From: an uncultured Candidatus Rokubacteria bacterium | GTDB lineage: Bacteria; Methylomirabilota; Methylomirabilia; Rokubacteriales; CSP1-6 | Direction: 5' to 3' | Assembly: GCA_963762145.1 (NCBI GenBank) | Contig: CAVXJS010000021.1 | Coordinates: forward strand, 32,001-96,000 | DNA: 64,000 nt | Shown: one piece after another, positions 9,970 through 18,991 of the stretch | Position numbering within the stretch: the stretch's first letter is position 1 | Layout of the letters: each line of letters begins with the position of its first letter | Notes under the pieces: model-generated | Seen by the model: only the letters and a program-made list of their open reading frames with translations | What the model was told of the DNA's origin: nothing | Database searches by the model: none | Position numbers and translations under genes: made by a program

Positions 9970-10560
9970 TCAGGGCATGCGGGTCATCTCGATCCGCACC
10001 GGCGAGTTCAGGTAGAGGAACTTGCCGACGAGCCGGTCACCCTGCAGCGTGAACAGAGCCGCGAACGGCCGGCCCGGCTCGGTGCCGTTCACCCACATGT
10101 CGCTCTCGCTGACCGAGACCTCGATCGGCGAGCCGAACGAGGACTTCTCGCGAATCGCCAGCGGGACGCCCTCCGCCACCTGGGAATCCCGGAGCGCCAG
10201 GATGCCCTTGCCGGTGGCGCCGTCGAGCTCGAGGACCGCCACCGCCACGCCGCTCCGCAGCGAGCGGAGCAGGCCGTAGCCGCTCCAGGTGCCTTCCCAC
10301 CGCCCGGCCACATCGGCCCGCGGGCCGACGAGCGGGGTGCCCCGGCCCCACCAGCCCTCGCCCCGGGCCTGGTCCATCACCTCCGGCGTCACGCGGGGCG
10401 CGCCGCCCACCACATTGCCCAGCGAGAACGTCATGTGGTTGCCGCTGGCATAGTGCGTCGGGTGCGCCCGCCAGACCTCCCACTCGCGCTGAGTGGCGGC
10501 ACAGCCGGTTGCGAGGAGAGCTAGGCCCACGAGCAACGGCAGGAAGATCCGGTGGCGCAT
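9970..10560 (-). CDS. Hypothetical lipoprotein (His/Trp motif domain + beta-rich C-terminal domain)
   Basis: GGAGGG RBS, ATG 10560, lipobox LATGC; the N-terminal domain is paralogous to 33495..33755. Confidence 0.8.
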   Translation of the reverse strand: MRHRIFLPLLVGLALLATGCAATQREWEVWRAHPTHYASGNHMTFSLGNVVGGAPRVTPEVMDQARGEGWWGRGTPLVGPRADVAGRWEGTWSGYGLLRSLRSGVAVAVLELDGATGKGILALRDSQVAEGVPLAIREKSSFGSPIEVSVSESDMWVNGTEPGRPFAALFTLQGDRLVGKFLYLNSPVRIEMTRMP

Positions 10561-10627
10561 TAGTGAGTCCCTCCAATCAAAATCCATGTGGAATCACAGT
10601 GTTGCACACCGGAATTTTCAACCCAAG

Positions 10628-11326
10628 CTATTCGATCAGCTCCGGAAAGGCGCGAATAATGCGGTGCGGCGCGACCGGGCAGGACTTGGGCAGCCCCTGG
10701 CCGGGAGCATCCACCCAGACGCCCCGAAGCCCGAGCCGCTGCGGCGCCAGCACGTCCCATTCGAGGTTGTCCCCGACCATCCAGGCCTCCTCGGCCTTCA
10801 CGCCGAGCTTGGACAGGGCATAGCGGTAGACGACCTCTTCGGGCTTGCCGACACCCATCTCGCCCTCCACGACGATCACGTCGAAGAAGCGCTCCAGGTC
10901 GTGGCGCTCGATCTTGCGCCGCTGATGGGAGGCATCGCCGTTGGTGACCATGGCCAGGGGAACCCCGCGCGCGCGCAGGGCCTCGAGGGCCGCGACGACG
11001 CCGGGGAAGAGCGTCATGCGCTCCCAGCGGCGGTCGGCGAAGTCCGTCGCGATGCAGCCCGCCAGGGCCTCGTCCGCGCGCCCCATGCGGACGAGCGCGT
11101 GCGCGGTGATCCGCGTCCAGGCCCGGAGCATGTCGGCGCGCTCCGTGCGGTGGCGGCCCGGGTCACTCCAGAACCAGCGCCGGGTCTCGGCGATCGCGGC
11201 CACGAGCCCCGGCGGGTCGATCCCGGCGGGCCCGGCGAGCGCCTCGCAGGCGTGGAGCCAGCACTCGTCCACGCCGCCCGTGTAGTCGAGCAGCGTATCG
11301 TCGAGGTCCACCAGCAGGGCCTTCAG
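10628..11326 (-). CDS. HAD-superfamily hydrolase (YjjG/PynA-like)
   Basis: DLDDTL motif I, VTNG, GKP, MVGDNLEWD. The only plausible start near the RBS is CTG at 11326. Confidence 0.85.
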   Translation of the reverse strand: MKALLVDLDDTLLDYTGGVDECWLHACEALAGPAGIDPPGLVAAIAETRRWFWSDPGRHRTERADMLRAWTRITAHALVRMGRADEALAGCIATDFADRRWERMTLFPGVVAALEALRARGVPLAMVTNGDASHQRRKIERHDLERFFDVIVVEGEMGVGKPEEVVYRYALSKLGVKAEEAWMVGDNLEWDVLAPQRLGLRGVWVDAPGQGLPKSCPVAPHRIIRAFPELIE

Positions 11327-12264
11327 GAGGTGACCTCCTGCGGCGCGGCAAAGGGCGCGAGCTCGGGACGACAGACCGCTCGGAAGTTGCACCAGCGGCA
11401 GATGCGCAGCTCCTCCGTCTTCTCGAAGCCCGACTCCTCGGCGAGATTCCGGGCCGGATCCTTCAGGTAGGCCTTCATGGAGCGGACCGAGAGCCGGATG
11501 TGCTCGCGGACCCGGTCGAGACTGGCCGCGTCCCACGGATGAACGGTCACCTTGCCCTCGCGGAGGTTGACCTCCAGCAGGTCCACCCGACCCAGGTCGA
11601 CGCCCAGCACCTCGAGGGCATAGAGGGCGTAGCCGCCGAGCTGGAGCCCGGCGCCGTCACCGCCGCCCCCCGTCTTCCAGTCGAGCAGCTGCAGCCGGTC
11701 GGCGTGGCTCCAGTAGCCGAAGTCGGGCGCGCTGAACACGCGCGTGCCCTCGAAGGGAAAAGAGCCGATGTCCTCGATGAAGACCCAGCGCTCGGTGGGC
11801 GTGCGCTTGATATCGGTCAGGACCGGCAGCCGGTGGAAGTTCCGCAGACAGCGGACCACGTGATCGCGGAGCGCCTGCCACTCGGTGTCACGGATGGTCA
11901 CGGCGTACTCGTGCTCGAACAGCGAGGGCCGCTTCGGCGCCTGCCGGTAGACCCCGGCGCGCGAGCCCTTCCACTCCTCCCGCATCTGGCGCACCGTGTC
12001 CTCGATGAGGGACGCCTCGCTCAGGCCGTGGCCGTCGCGCAGGGCGAGCAGGGAGCGCTCGATGGCTTCGTGGACGAGCCGGCCCGCCCACATCTGACGG
12101 GTGGCAAGCTGCTTGAGCACGTAGAGGCGGCGCACGAGCGGGTCGGCGTCGACGTCCCAGCCGCCCCAGGCGCCGTAGTACTGGTAGTAGTAACGCCGGC
12201 GGCAGTCCTGGAAGACGTTGTCGCGAGTGCGCGACCAGGAGAATTCGTTCACGAGGTCGGCCAC
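11323..12264 (-). CDS. PD-(D/E)XK nuclease, Cas4/RecB/AddB-like with four Cys
   Basis: SWSR..DCRRRYY, GRLVH, APDF..LLDWKTG, QLGGYA, CRWCNFRAVC; GTG start at 12264. Confidence 0.85.
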   Translation of the reverse strand: MADLVNEFSWSRTRDNVFQDCRRRYYYQYYGAWGGWDVDADPLVRRLYVLKQLATRQMWAGRLVHEAIERSLLALRDGHGLSEASLIEDTVRQMREEWKGSRAGVYRQAPKRPSLFEHEYAVTIRDTEWQALRDHVVRCLRNFHRLPVLTDIKRTPTERWVFIEDIGSFPFEGTRVFSAPDFGYWSHADRLQLLDWKTGGGGDGAGLQLGGYALYALEVLGVDLGRVDLLEVNLREGKVTVHPWDAASLDRVREHIRLSVRSMKAYLKDPARNLAEESGFEKTEELRICRWCNFRAVCRPELAPFAAPQEVTS

Positions 12265-12424
12265 GGATAGAGCATAGCATCCGGGGAACTCGGGGCGTCT
12301 CCGCGCAGTTTCCGTGCCCGGGGGTCCTTGTCGAGCGGGTGGGCGGCATGCTAGCCTCGGCCCGCCTCGTGGATCGGCGTTAGTGCCCGTCATTTCAGCG
12401 TAACAACCACCCAAGGAGGCCATC

Positions 12425-13282
12425 ATGCCCAAGTCGAAAGCGGCCGGTTTGACCCGGCGCCAGATGCTCAAGGTCGGCGGCACCGCCACCTTCGCCGGTT
12501 ACGCGGTCGGCGTCGAGAAGGCGTTCGGCCAGGTGATCAAGACCGACACCCAGGGGATCGTGGCCGGCGACGCGGAGGTCGCGATCGGCGGCTACCAGAT
12601 GCCGGTGTACGAGGCCCGGCCCTCGAACGCCACCAACGCGCCGATCGTGATCGTGATCTCGGAGATCTGGGGCGTGCACGAGTGGGTGAAGGACGTGACC
12701 CGGCGCTTCGCCAAGGACGGCTACTACGCGGTGGCCCCCGAGCTGTTCAAGCGGGAAGGCGGCGTGGGCCACATCCCGAACGTTCAGGACATCCTGAAGA
12801 TCGTGCTCGCGGTGCCGCGCAAGCAGGTGCTCGGCGACGTCGCGGCCGCAGTGGACTGGACCAAGAAGCGGCCCGGAGCGCGCGCGGACCGCGTCGGCGT
12901 GACCGGACACTGCTGGGGCGGCTCCACCGTGTACCAGGTGGCGGCCACCAACCCCGACATCAAGGCGGCGGTGGCGTGGTACGGCCCGCCGGCCCGGCCC
13001 TACCCCGACACGCCGAACCCGGTGACCGGCTTCGACGTGGTCAAGGACATCAAGGCGCCGTTCCTGGGTCTCTACGGCGAGAAGGACACGAGCCCGACCC
13101 CGGAGGACGCCAAGAAGTTCGGCGAGCTGCTGAAGCAGACCAACCCCAACTCGGAGGTCGTCATCTACCCCGGCGTGGGGCACGGCTTCTTCGCGGACTA
13201 CCGCCCGTCCTACAACGCGGAAGCGGCCGCGGATGCCTGGAAGCGCTGCACCGGCCTCTTCGCCAAGAGCCTGAAGGGCTAG
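12425..13282 (+). CDS. Dienelactone hydrolase family protein, Tat-exported
   Basis: TRRQMLK Tat motif; EIWG, GHCWGG nucleophile, GVGHGF; AAGGAGG RBS. Confidence 0.92.
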   Translation: MPKSKAAGLTRRQMLKVGGTATFAGYAVGVEKAFGQVIKTDTQGIVAGDAEVAIGGYQMPVYEARPSNATNAPIVIVISEIWGVHEWVKDVTRRFAKDGYYAVAPELFKREGGVGHIPNVQDILKIVLAVPRKQVLGDVAAAVDWTKKRPGARADRVGVTGHCWGGSTVYQVAATNPDIKAAVAWYGPPARPYPDTPNPVTGFDVVKDIKAPFLGLYGEKDTSPTPEDAKKFGELLKQTNPNSEVVIYPGVGHGFFADYRPSYNAEAAADAWKRCTGLFAKSLKG

Positions 13283-13328
13283 TCGGCCCCGGAGCGAGCG
13301 CGGCGCGATCACCTGACGCGCCGCGCTC

Positions 13329-13358
13329 TTGCCCCTCTGCGGCCCGGCGTGCTAGATT
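13329..13358 (+). promoter_or_regulatory. sigma70-type promoter for the tautomerase/lactonase pair
   Basis: TTGCCC-18 nt-TAGATT with an extended TG; AAGGAG RBS downstream. Confidence 0.45.
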
Positions 13359-13392
13359 CCCGGCACTTTCCGGGCCAAAGGAGACTCCGCCG

Positions 13393-13584
13393 ATGCCGTT
13401 CGTCAACATCCGCATCTACGAGGGCTGGGGCAAGGACAACCTGAACGAGATCGCCAAGCGCGTCACCGCCGCGATCTCGGACGTGACCAAGCTGCCGAAA
13501 GAGGCGGTGTGGGTGGTGTTCGAGGAAGTCGATCCGCCCGACTGGTACGTCGGCGGCAAGCCCGGCGAGCGCATGTCCAAGTGA
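13393..13584 (+). CDS. 4-oxalocrotonate tautomerase family protein
   Basis: 63 aa, M-Pro1 (MPFVNIRIY), VWVVFEEV..DWYVGG. Confidence 0.88.
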   Translation: MPFVNIRIYEGWGKDNLNEIAKRVTAAISDVTKLPKEAVWVVFEEVDPPDWYVGGKPGERMSK

Positions 13585-14477
13585 CCGATCCTACCGTCTC
13601 GATCCGCGATCCGCGCTTCACGCAGGTCGTGGGCAACCGGGTCGAGTTCGAGCGGATCGCCACCGGGTGCCTCTTCACGGAGGGCCCGCTCTGGCACCCG
13701 GCCGGCCAGTATCTCCTCTGGAGCGACATGCCCGGCGATCACCTGCGCCGGTGGTCGGCCACGGACGGCGTCGCCACGTTTCGCCGGCCGTGCAACAAGT
13801 CCAACGGCCTCACGTGGGATCGTCAGGGCCGGCTCGTGGCCTGCGAGCACGCCTCGAGCCAGGTCTCACGCACCGAGCCCGGCGGTCAGATCGTCCCCCT
13901 CGCCACCCACTTCCAGGGCAAGCAGCTCAATAGCCCGAACGACGTCGTCTGCGCGGCGGACGGCGGCATCTACTTCAGCGACCCACCATACGGCCGCGCC
14001 GAGTTCTACGGCGTCCCGCGCCCGCAGGAGCTGGGCTTCCAGGGTCTCTTCCGCGTGGGACCGGACGCGAAGAGCCCGGCGCTGCTCGCGGACGACTTCG
14101 ACCGGCCCAACGGGCTCTGCTTCTCGCGCGACGGCCGGCGGCTCTTCGTGAACGACACGGCCCGCCAGCACATCCGCGTCTTCGACGTGAAGGGCGACGG
14201 CGGGCTCTCCGGGGGCGCGGTGTGGGCCGAGACCACCGGCGAGGGCAAGGGCGCGCCCGACGGGATGAAGATCGACTCGGCCGGCCACGTCTACTGCTGC
14301 GGCCCCGGGGGCATTCACGTGTTCAGCCCCGAGGCGGTGTGCCTGGGCGTGATCCACGCGCCGGAGTACGTCGCGAACTTCGCCTGGGGCGATGCGGACT
14401 ACCGAAGCCTCTACATCACCGCGTCCACCTCGGTCTACCGCATCCGAACCGCGACACCAGGCCTCCCCGCGCTGTAG
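13581..14477 (+). CDS. SMP-30/gluconolactonase family protein
   Basis: FTEGPLW, SNGL, LNSPND, RPNGLCFS, PDGMKID; GTGA overlap with the upstream gene. Confidence 0.92.
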   Translation: MTDPTVSIRDPRFTQVVGNRVEFERIATGCLFTEGPLWHPAGQYLLWSDMPGDHLRRWSATDGVATFRRPCNKSNGLTWDRQGRLVACEHASSQVSRTEPGGQIVPLATHFQGKQLNSPNDVVCAADGGIYFSDPPYGRAEFYGVPRPQELGFQGLFRVGPDAKSPALLADDFDRPNGLCFSRDGRRLFVNDTARQHIRVFDVKGDGGLSGGAVWAETTGEGKGAPDGMKIDSAGHVYCCGPGGIHVFSPEAVCLGVIHAPEYVANFAWGDADYRSLYITASTSVYRIRTATPGLPAL

Positions 14478-14528
14478 CCATGACCCATCAGCAAACGGCG
14501 CGCGGGGCCAGAGTACGATTTTTCTAAC

Positions 14529-14548
14529 GGTCGTCGCAAGCGACGACC
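14529..14548. promoter_or_regulatory. Perfect palindrome, candidate operator
   Basis: GGTCGTCGC-AA-GCGACGACC between TACGAT (14514-19) and ATG 14562. Confidence 0.45.
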
Positions 14549-14561
14549 TCCATAGGGTGGC

Positions 14562-15809
14562 ATGCGCATCTTCTTGAAAAACGCCAAGCTGATCGACGGC
14601 ACCGGCGCGCCCGCCCGCGACGGCAGCCTCGTGATCGAGGGCGAGACGATCGTCCACGTGGGGCCGCTCGCGGCCGGCGATGCGCCGTCCGGCGCGGACA
14701 CGCAGGCGGTGGACGTGGCCGGCCGCACCGTGATCCCCGGCCTGGTCGAGGCCCACATCCATCTCTCGTACAACAACGTGAAGGTGATCGCGGATCTCGA
14801 CCTGAACTGCCCGCCCGAGTATTCCACGCTGGTCTCGGCCCGGAACGCGGAGCTGGCTCTCTCCCACGGCTACACCGCCGCGCGCTCCGCCGGCTCGGTG
14901 CACGGGGTGGACGTGGCGCTCAAGCGCGCGATCAACGAGGGCCTCTACCCGGGCCCGCGGCTCCTCGCGGCGAGCCGCGACATCGTGGCCACCGGCGGCA
15001 TGTCGGACTGGAACCCGTCCTACCTCAAGCTCGGCATGGACGGCCTCGCCCTCATCGCCGACGGGGCGGACCAGATCCGGATCGCGGTGCGCCGCTCGAT
15101 CAAGGACGGGGCCGACGTGATCAAGTGCTACGTGGGCGGCGACGCGCTGCTACCCCACACCCCGATCGCGGACTGCACCTATACCCTCGACGAGGTCCGG
15201 GTCCTGGTGGAGGAGGCGCACATGCGCGGCCGCATCGCGGCGGCCCACGTGCGCGGAGCGCGCTCGAGCCGCGTGGCGGCCCAGGCCGGGGTGGATTCCA
15301 TCGAGCACGCCACCTACGCGGACGACGAGACGCTGCGCCTGATCGCCGACCAGGGCCTGATCCTGGTGCCGGGGCTGCGCTATCTCTACTCGATCATCGA
15401 GAACGGGCCGCGCTTCGGCATCACCGAGGAGATCGTCGGGCCGTCGGGGCTGCGCGACGAGATCAAGCAGGCCTCGGATACGTACCGCCGGGCCCGGGAC
15501 CTGGGCATCCGCATGTGCCCGGGCGGAGACTTCGGCTTCGCCTGGAACCCGCACGGCGAGTACGCGAAGGACATCCAGGTCTTCGTGGACGTGATCGGCT
15601 TCACTCCGCTCGAGGCGATCACGTGCGCCACGCGGTACGGCGCGGAGCTGATGCGGATGCAGGACCGGATCGGCACGCTCGAGCCCGGCAAGCTGGCCGA
15701 CCTGGTGGTGGTGAACGGCGACCCCCTGAAGGACATCACGGTGCTGCAGGACCGGAGCCGCCTGTCGGTGATGAAGGGCGGTCGGTTCGTGACGCGCAAT
15801 CTCTCGTAG
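14562..15809 (+). CDS. Metal-dependent amidohydrolase (Xaa-Pro dipeptidase-like)
   Basis: PGLVEAHIH, VIK, AAH, IEH, GGDFG, GKLADLVVV. Confidence 0.9.
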   Translation: MRIFLKNAKLIDGTGAPARDGSLVIEGETIVHVGPLAAGDAPSGADTQAVDVAGRTVIPGLVEAHIHLSYNNVKVIADLDLNCPPEYSTLVSARNAELALSHGYTAARSAGSVHGVDVALKRAINEGLYPGPRLLAASRDIVATGGMSDWNPSYLKLGMDGLALIADGADQIRIAVRRSIKDGADVIKCYVGGDALLPHTPIADCTYTLDEVRVLVEEAHMRGRIAAAHVRGARSSRVAAQAGVDSIEHATYADDETLRLIADQGLILVPGLRYLYSIIENGPRFGITEEIVGPSGLRDEIKQASDTYRRARDLGIRMCPGGDFGFAWNPHGEYAKDIQVFVDVIGFTPLEAITCATRYGAELMRMQDRIGTLEPGKLADLVVVNGDPLKDITVLQDRSRLSVMKGGRFVTRNLS

Positions 15810-15825
15810 CCAAAGGAGGCTTCCC

Positions 15826-17013
15826 ATGATGCTGCGCATACTTCCGATGCTGCTGGCCCTGGTGCTGGCGATGCCGCTGGCCGCCAGCGCCCAGAAGCCG
15901 ATCAAGATCGGGTTCCCGATGATCCTGTCCGGGCCCGGGGCGCTGTTCGGCGAGCCCGCGTCCAAGGGCGCCCAGATGTACGTGGACGAGATCAACGCCA
16001 AGGGCGGCGTGCTCGGCCGGAAGCTCGAGCTGCTGCCGCGCGATACCAAGGGCAACGCGGACGAGGCGGTGCGCGTCTCCCGCGAGCTGATCCTGAAGGA
16101 GAACGTGGACTTCCTGGTGGGCACGCTGACCTCCGCGGAGGGGCCGGCGGTCTCGGTGGTGGCGAAGGAGAACAAGGTCGTCTTCATCGCGCCGATCCCG
16201 AAGACCGACCAGCTCACCGCCGCCGACAAGCTCCATCCCTACGTCTTCCGCGTGGCCGCCAACACCACGATGGAAGGGCGCAGCGCGGCGGAGATCGTGG
16301 CCAAGTGGTCGGTCACCAAGGTCGCCACCATCAGCCCGGACTACGCCTACGGCCAGGACGTCACCAAGTCCTTCGTGGAGCACCTGAAGAAGATCAAGCC
16401 CAGCGTGCAGATCGTGGATCAGCAGTGGCCGAAGCTGGGCGAGCCCGACTACACGCCGTTCATCAACGCGCAGATGGCCAAGAAGCCGGAGGCCGTCTTC
16501 TCGTCGCTGTGGGGCGGCCACTTCGTGAACTTCTCGAAGCAGGCCAAGCCGCTCGGGTACTTCGACGCGGTCAAGTACAACGTCATGGCCGTCGGGGAGG
16601 CGGGCTCGCCCGAATCGACCAAGGCCATGGGCAAGGACTATCCGGTGGGCATCTGGGGCAATTCGTACGATGCCTTCTACTGGGGCGAGTCGGCCGCGCA
16701 CCGGGAGTACACCGAGAGGCTCTCCAAGTACCTGAAGGACGAGTACCCGTCGTCCTGGGCCATCCAGGGCTACACCGGCGTCCAGTTCCTCGCCGAGGCC
16801 ATCAAGAAGGCGGGCAGCACCGACTCGGACAAGGTCTCGAAGGCGCTCCTGGGCCTCACCATCGACACCCCGATCGGCAAGCAGACGATTCGAGAGAAGG
16901 ATCACCAGGCCAATCGCGGCCAGCTCTATGGCAAGACCGTGATGGATCCCAAGTTCCCGTTCGCGATCATGAAGCCGGTGGAGTACGTCGACCCCACCAA
17001 GTTCATGGACTAG
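15826..17013 (+). CDS. Branched-chain amino acid-type ABC substrate-binding protein
   Basis: Signal peptide; PIKIG..LSG, INAKGGVLGRKLEL, DYAYG. Confidence 0.92.
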   Translation: MMLRILPMLLALVLAMPLAASAQKPIKIGFPMILSGPGALFGEPASKGAQMYVDEINAKGGVLGRKLELLPRDTKGNADEAVRVSRELILKENVDFLVGTLTSAEGPAVSVVAKENKVVFIAPIPKTDQLTAADKLHPYVFRVAANTTMEGRSAAEIVAKWSVTKVATISPDYAYGQDVTKSFVEHLKKIKPSVQIVDQQWPKLGEPDYTPFINAQMAKKPEAVFSSLWGGHFVNFSKQAKPLGYFDAVKYNVMAVGEAGSPESTKAMGKDYPVGIWGNSYDAFYWGESAAHREYTERLSKYLKDEYPSSWAIQGYTGVQFLAEAIKKAGSTDSDKVSKALLGLTIDTPIGKQTIREKDHQANRGQLYGKTVMDPKFPFAIMKPVEYVDPTKFMD

Positions 17014-17021
17014 GCCGGTCT

Positions 17022-17110
17022 CCCCTCACCCTGCCCTCTCCCCAGAGGGGAGAGGGTGCTCGATTTCCTCTCCCTCTCTCCCATCGAGGGGGAGAGGGCA
17101 GGGTGAGGGG
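17022..17110. repeat. REP-like composite palindrome (CCCCTCACCCTGCCCTCTCCC family), two inverted units
   Basis: CCCCTCACCCTGCCCTCTCCCC-AGA-GGGGAGAGGG ... CCCTCTCTCCC..GGGGGAGAGGGCAGGGTGAGGGG. Confidence 0.85.
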
Positions 17111-17121
17111 GCTTCCAAAGA

Positions 17122-18006
17122 ATGCCCGATCCGTCGTTCGTCTTCGCCCAGAGCCTGAGCGGCCTCACCGCCGCGATGTTCCTGTTCCTCATCGCCTCCG
17201 GGCTGTCCTTGATCTTCGGCGTCCTCCGCGTGCTGAACTTCGCTCACGGGACCTTCTACATGCTGGGCGCGTACTGTGCCTTCCAGCTCGTGCAGTGGAT
17301 CGGTACCGGCCCCGGCAGCTTCTGGCTGGCCGCGCTGGGCGCCGCCCTCGCGGTCGCGGCGCTGGGCGGCATCGTGGAGCGCTTCCTCTTCCAATACCTC
17401 TACGGCAAGGACGAGCTCTACCAGCTCCTCTTCACGTACGCCCTCGTCCTCATCCTGTCCGACGTGACCAAGATCTTCTGGGGCACCCAGCAAAAGTCGG
17501 TGAGCCGGCCGCCCGGGCTCACCGGCGCGTTCTCGCTCTTCGGGGCCACCATCCCCTACTACAACCTGTTCATCCTATTGCTGGGGCCGTTCATCGCCCT
17601 CGCCTTCTGGTTCGTGCTCCAGCGCACCCGCGTGGGGCGCTTCATCCGTGCCGCCGCGCTCGACCGGGAGACGCTGGGCGCCCTCGGGGTGAACGTCCGG
17701 GGGCTCTACACCGGCGTGTTCGTCCTCGCCTCGTTCCTCGGCGGGCTCGGCGGCGCCCTGGTCACCCCGGTGCGCACGATCGTGCCCGGCATGGACACCG
17801 AGATCATCGTGGAGGCGTTCATCGTGGTGGTGATCGGGGGGCTCGGCTCCTTCTGGGGCACGTTCCTCGGCTCGGTGATCTACGGCCAGGTGCTCTCCTT
17901 CGGCATCCTGTTCTTCCCCCGCTTCTCGATCTTCTCGGTGTTCGCCCTGATGGCCGCCGTCCTGATCATCCGCCCCTGGGGCCTGCTGGGCCGGCCCCTC
18001 AAGTAA
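17122..18006 (+). CDS. livH: Branched-chain amino acid ABC permease (LivH-like)
   Basis: GLSLIFGVLRVLNFAHG, VVIGGLGS. Confidence 0.88.
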   Translation: MPDPSFVFAQSLSGLTAAMFLFLIASGLSLIFGVLRVLNFAHGTFYMLGAYCAFQLVQWIGTGPGSFWLAALGAALAVAALGGIVERFLFQYLYGKDELYQLLFTYALVLILSDVTKIFWGTQQKSVSRPPGLTGAFSLFGATIPYYNLFILLLGPFIALAFWFVLQRTRVGRFIRAAALDRETLGALGVNVRGLYTGVFVLASFLGGLGGALVTPVRTIVPGMDTEIIVEAFIVVVIGGLGSFWGTFLGSVIYGQVLSFGILFFPRFSIFSVFALMAAVLIIRPWGLLGRPLK

Positions 18007-18007
18007 C

Positions 18008-18991
18008 ATGCGTCTCTCGCGAATCCCGTGGCCGCTGCTCGTGCTGATCGCCGCGTTCTTCGTGCCCGCCGCGGGCTCGCGCTTCTACACGTTCCTCGCC
18101 AACGACGTGGTCATCTGGGCGCTGTTCGCCACGAGCCTGAACCTGCTGGTGGGCTACACCGGGCTCGTCTCCTTCGGCCACGCGGCCTACTTCGGGATCG
18201 GGGCCTACACCACCGGCATCCTCATGAAGAAGGTGGGCGTGACCTTCCTGGTCGCGTTCCCGGCCGCCGGGCTCGTGGCCGGGCTCTTCGCCCTGGTCTT
18301 CGGCTTCTTCTGCGTGCGCCTCACCAGGATCTACTTCGCGATGCTCACCCTCGCCTTCGCCCAGATCGTGTGGGCCATCTGCTTCAAGTGGAACGAGGTG
18401 ACGGGCGGCGAGCAGGGCATGCCGGAGATCCCCTACCCGAGCTTCGACTGGGTGGAGTCGCTCGCAACCGTGCTGCCCTTCCTGGGCGGGTACCGCACGT
18501 CGGAGTACTTCTACTTCCTCACCCTCGTGCTCGTCGCGATCTGCTTCTGGGTCCTGCGCCGCGTGGTCGGCTCCCCGTTCGGGCGGATGCTCACCACGAT
18601 CCGCGAGAACCCGGAGCGCGCCGAGTTCATCGGGGTCAACGTCCGGCGCTACGAGCTCGCGGTGTTCGTGCTCGCGGGCGCCTTCGCCGGGCTCGCGGGA
18701 GGGCTCTTCGGTATCTTCAACCGCGGGGTGTTCGCCGACTTCGCGTACTGGACCAAGTCGTCCGAGGTCCTGATCATGACCCTGCTGGGCGGCATGGGCG
18801 CCTTCTACGGCCCCGCGCTCGGCGCGCTGGCCCTGCTCTGGCTGAACCAGCAGATCGTCTCGGTCACCGAGTACTGGCCACTGATCCTCGGCAGCATCCT
18901 GGTCATCCTGCTCTTCGTCTTCCCGGGCGGCCTCGCGGGGGCGCTCGAGATGCTCTGGAACCGCGTGGCCCGGAGGCCCAGCCGTGCTTGA
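18008..18991 (+). CDS. livM: Branched-chain amino acid ABC permease (LivM-like)
   Basis: NLLVGYTGLVSFGHAAYFGIGAY, IRENPERA, LLGGMG. Confidence 0.88.
   Translation: MRLSRIPWPLLVLIAAFFVPAAGSRFYTFLANDVVIWALFATSLNLLVGYTGLVSFGHAAYFGIGAYTTGILMKKVGVTFLVAFPAAGLVAGLFALVFGFFCVRLTRIYFAMLTLAFAQIVWAICFKWNEVTGGEQGMPEIPYPSFDWVESLATVLPFLGGYRTSEYFYFLTLVLVAICFWVLRRVVGSPFGRMLTTIRENPERAEFIGVNVRRYELAVFVLAGAFAGLAGGLFGIFNRGVFADFAYWTKSSEVLIMTLLGGMGAFYGPALGALALLWLNQQIVSVTEYWPLILGSILVILLFVFPGGLAGALEMLWNRVARRPSRA

Noticed and set aside
11323-12264. CRISPR-Cas locus suggested by the Cas4-like gene
   Set aside because: No repeat-spacer array and no other cas genes were seen in the window.
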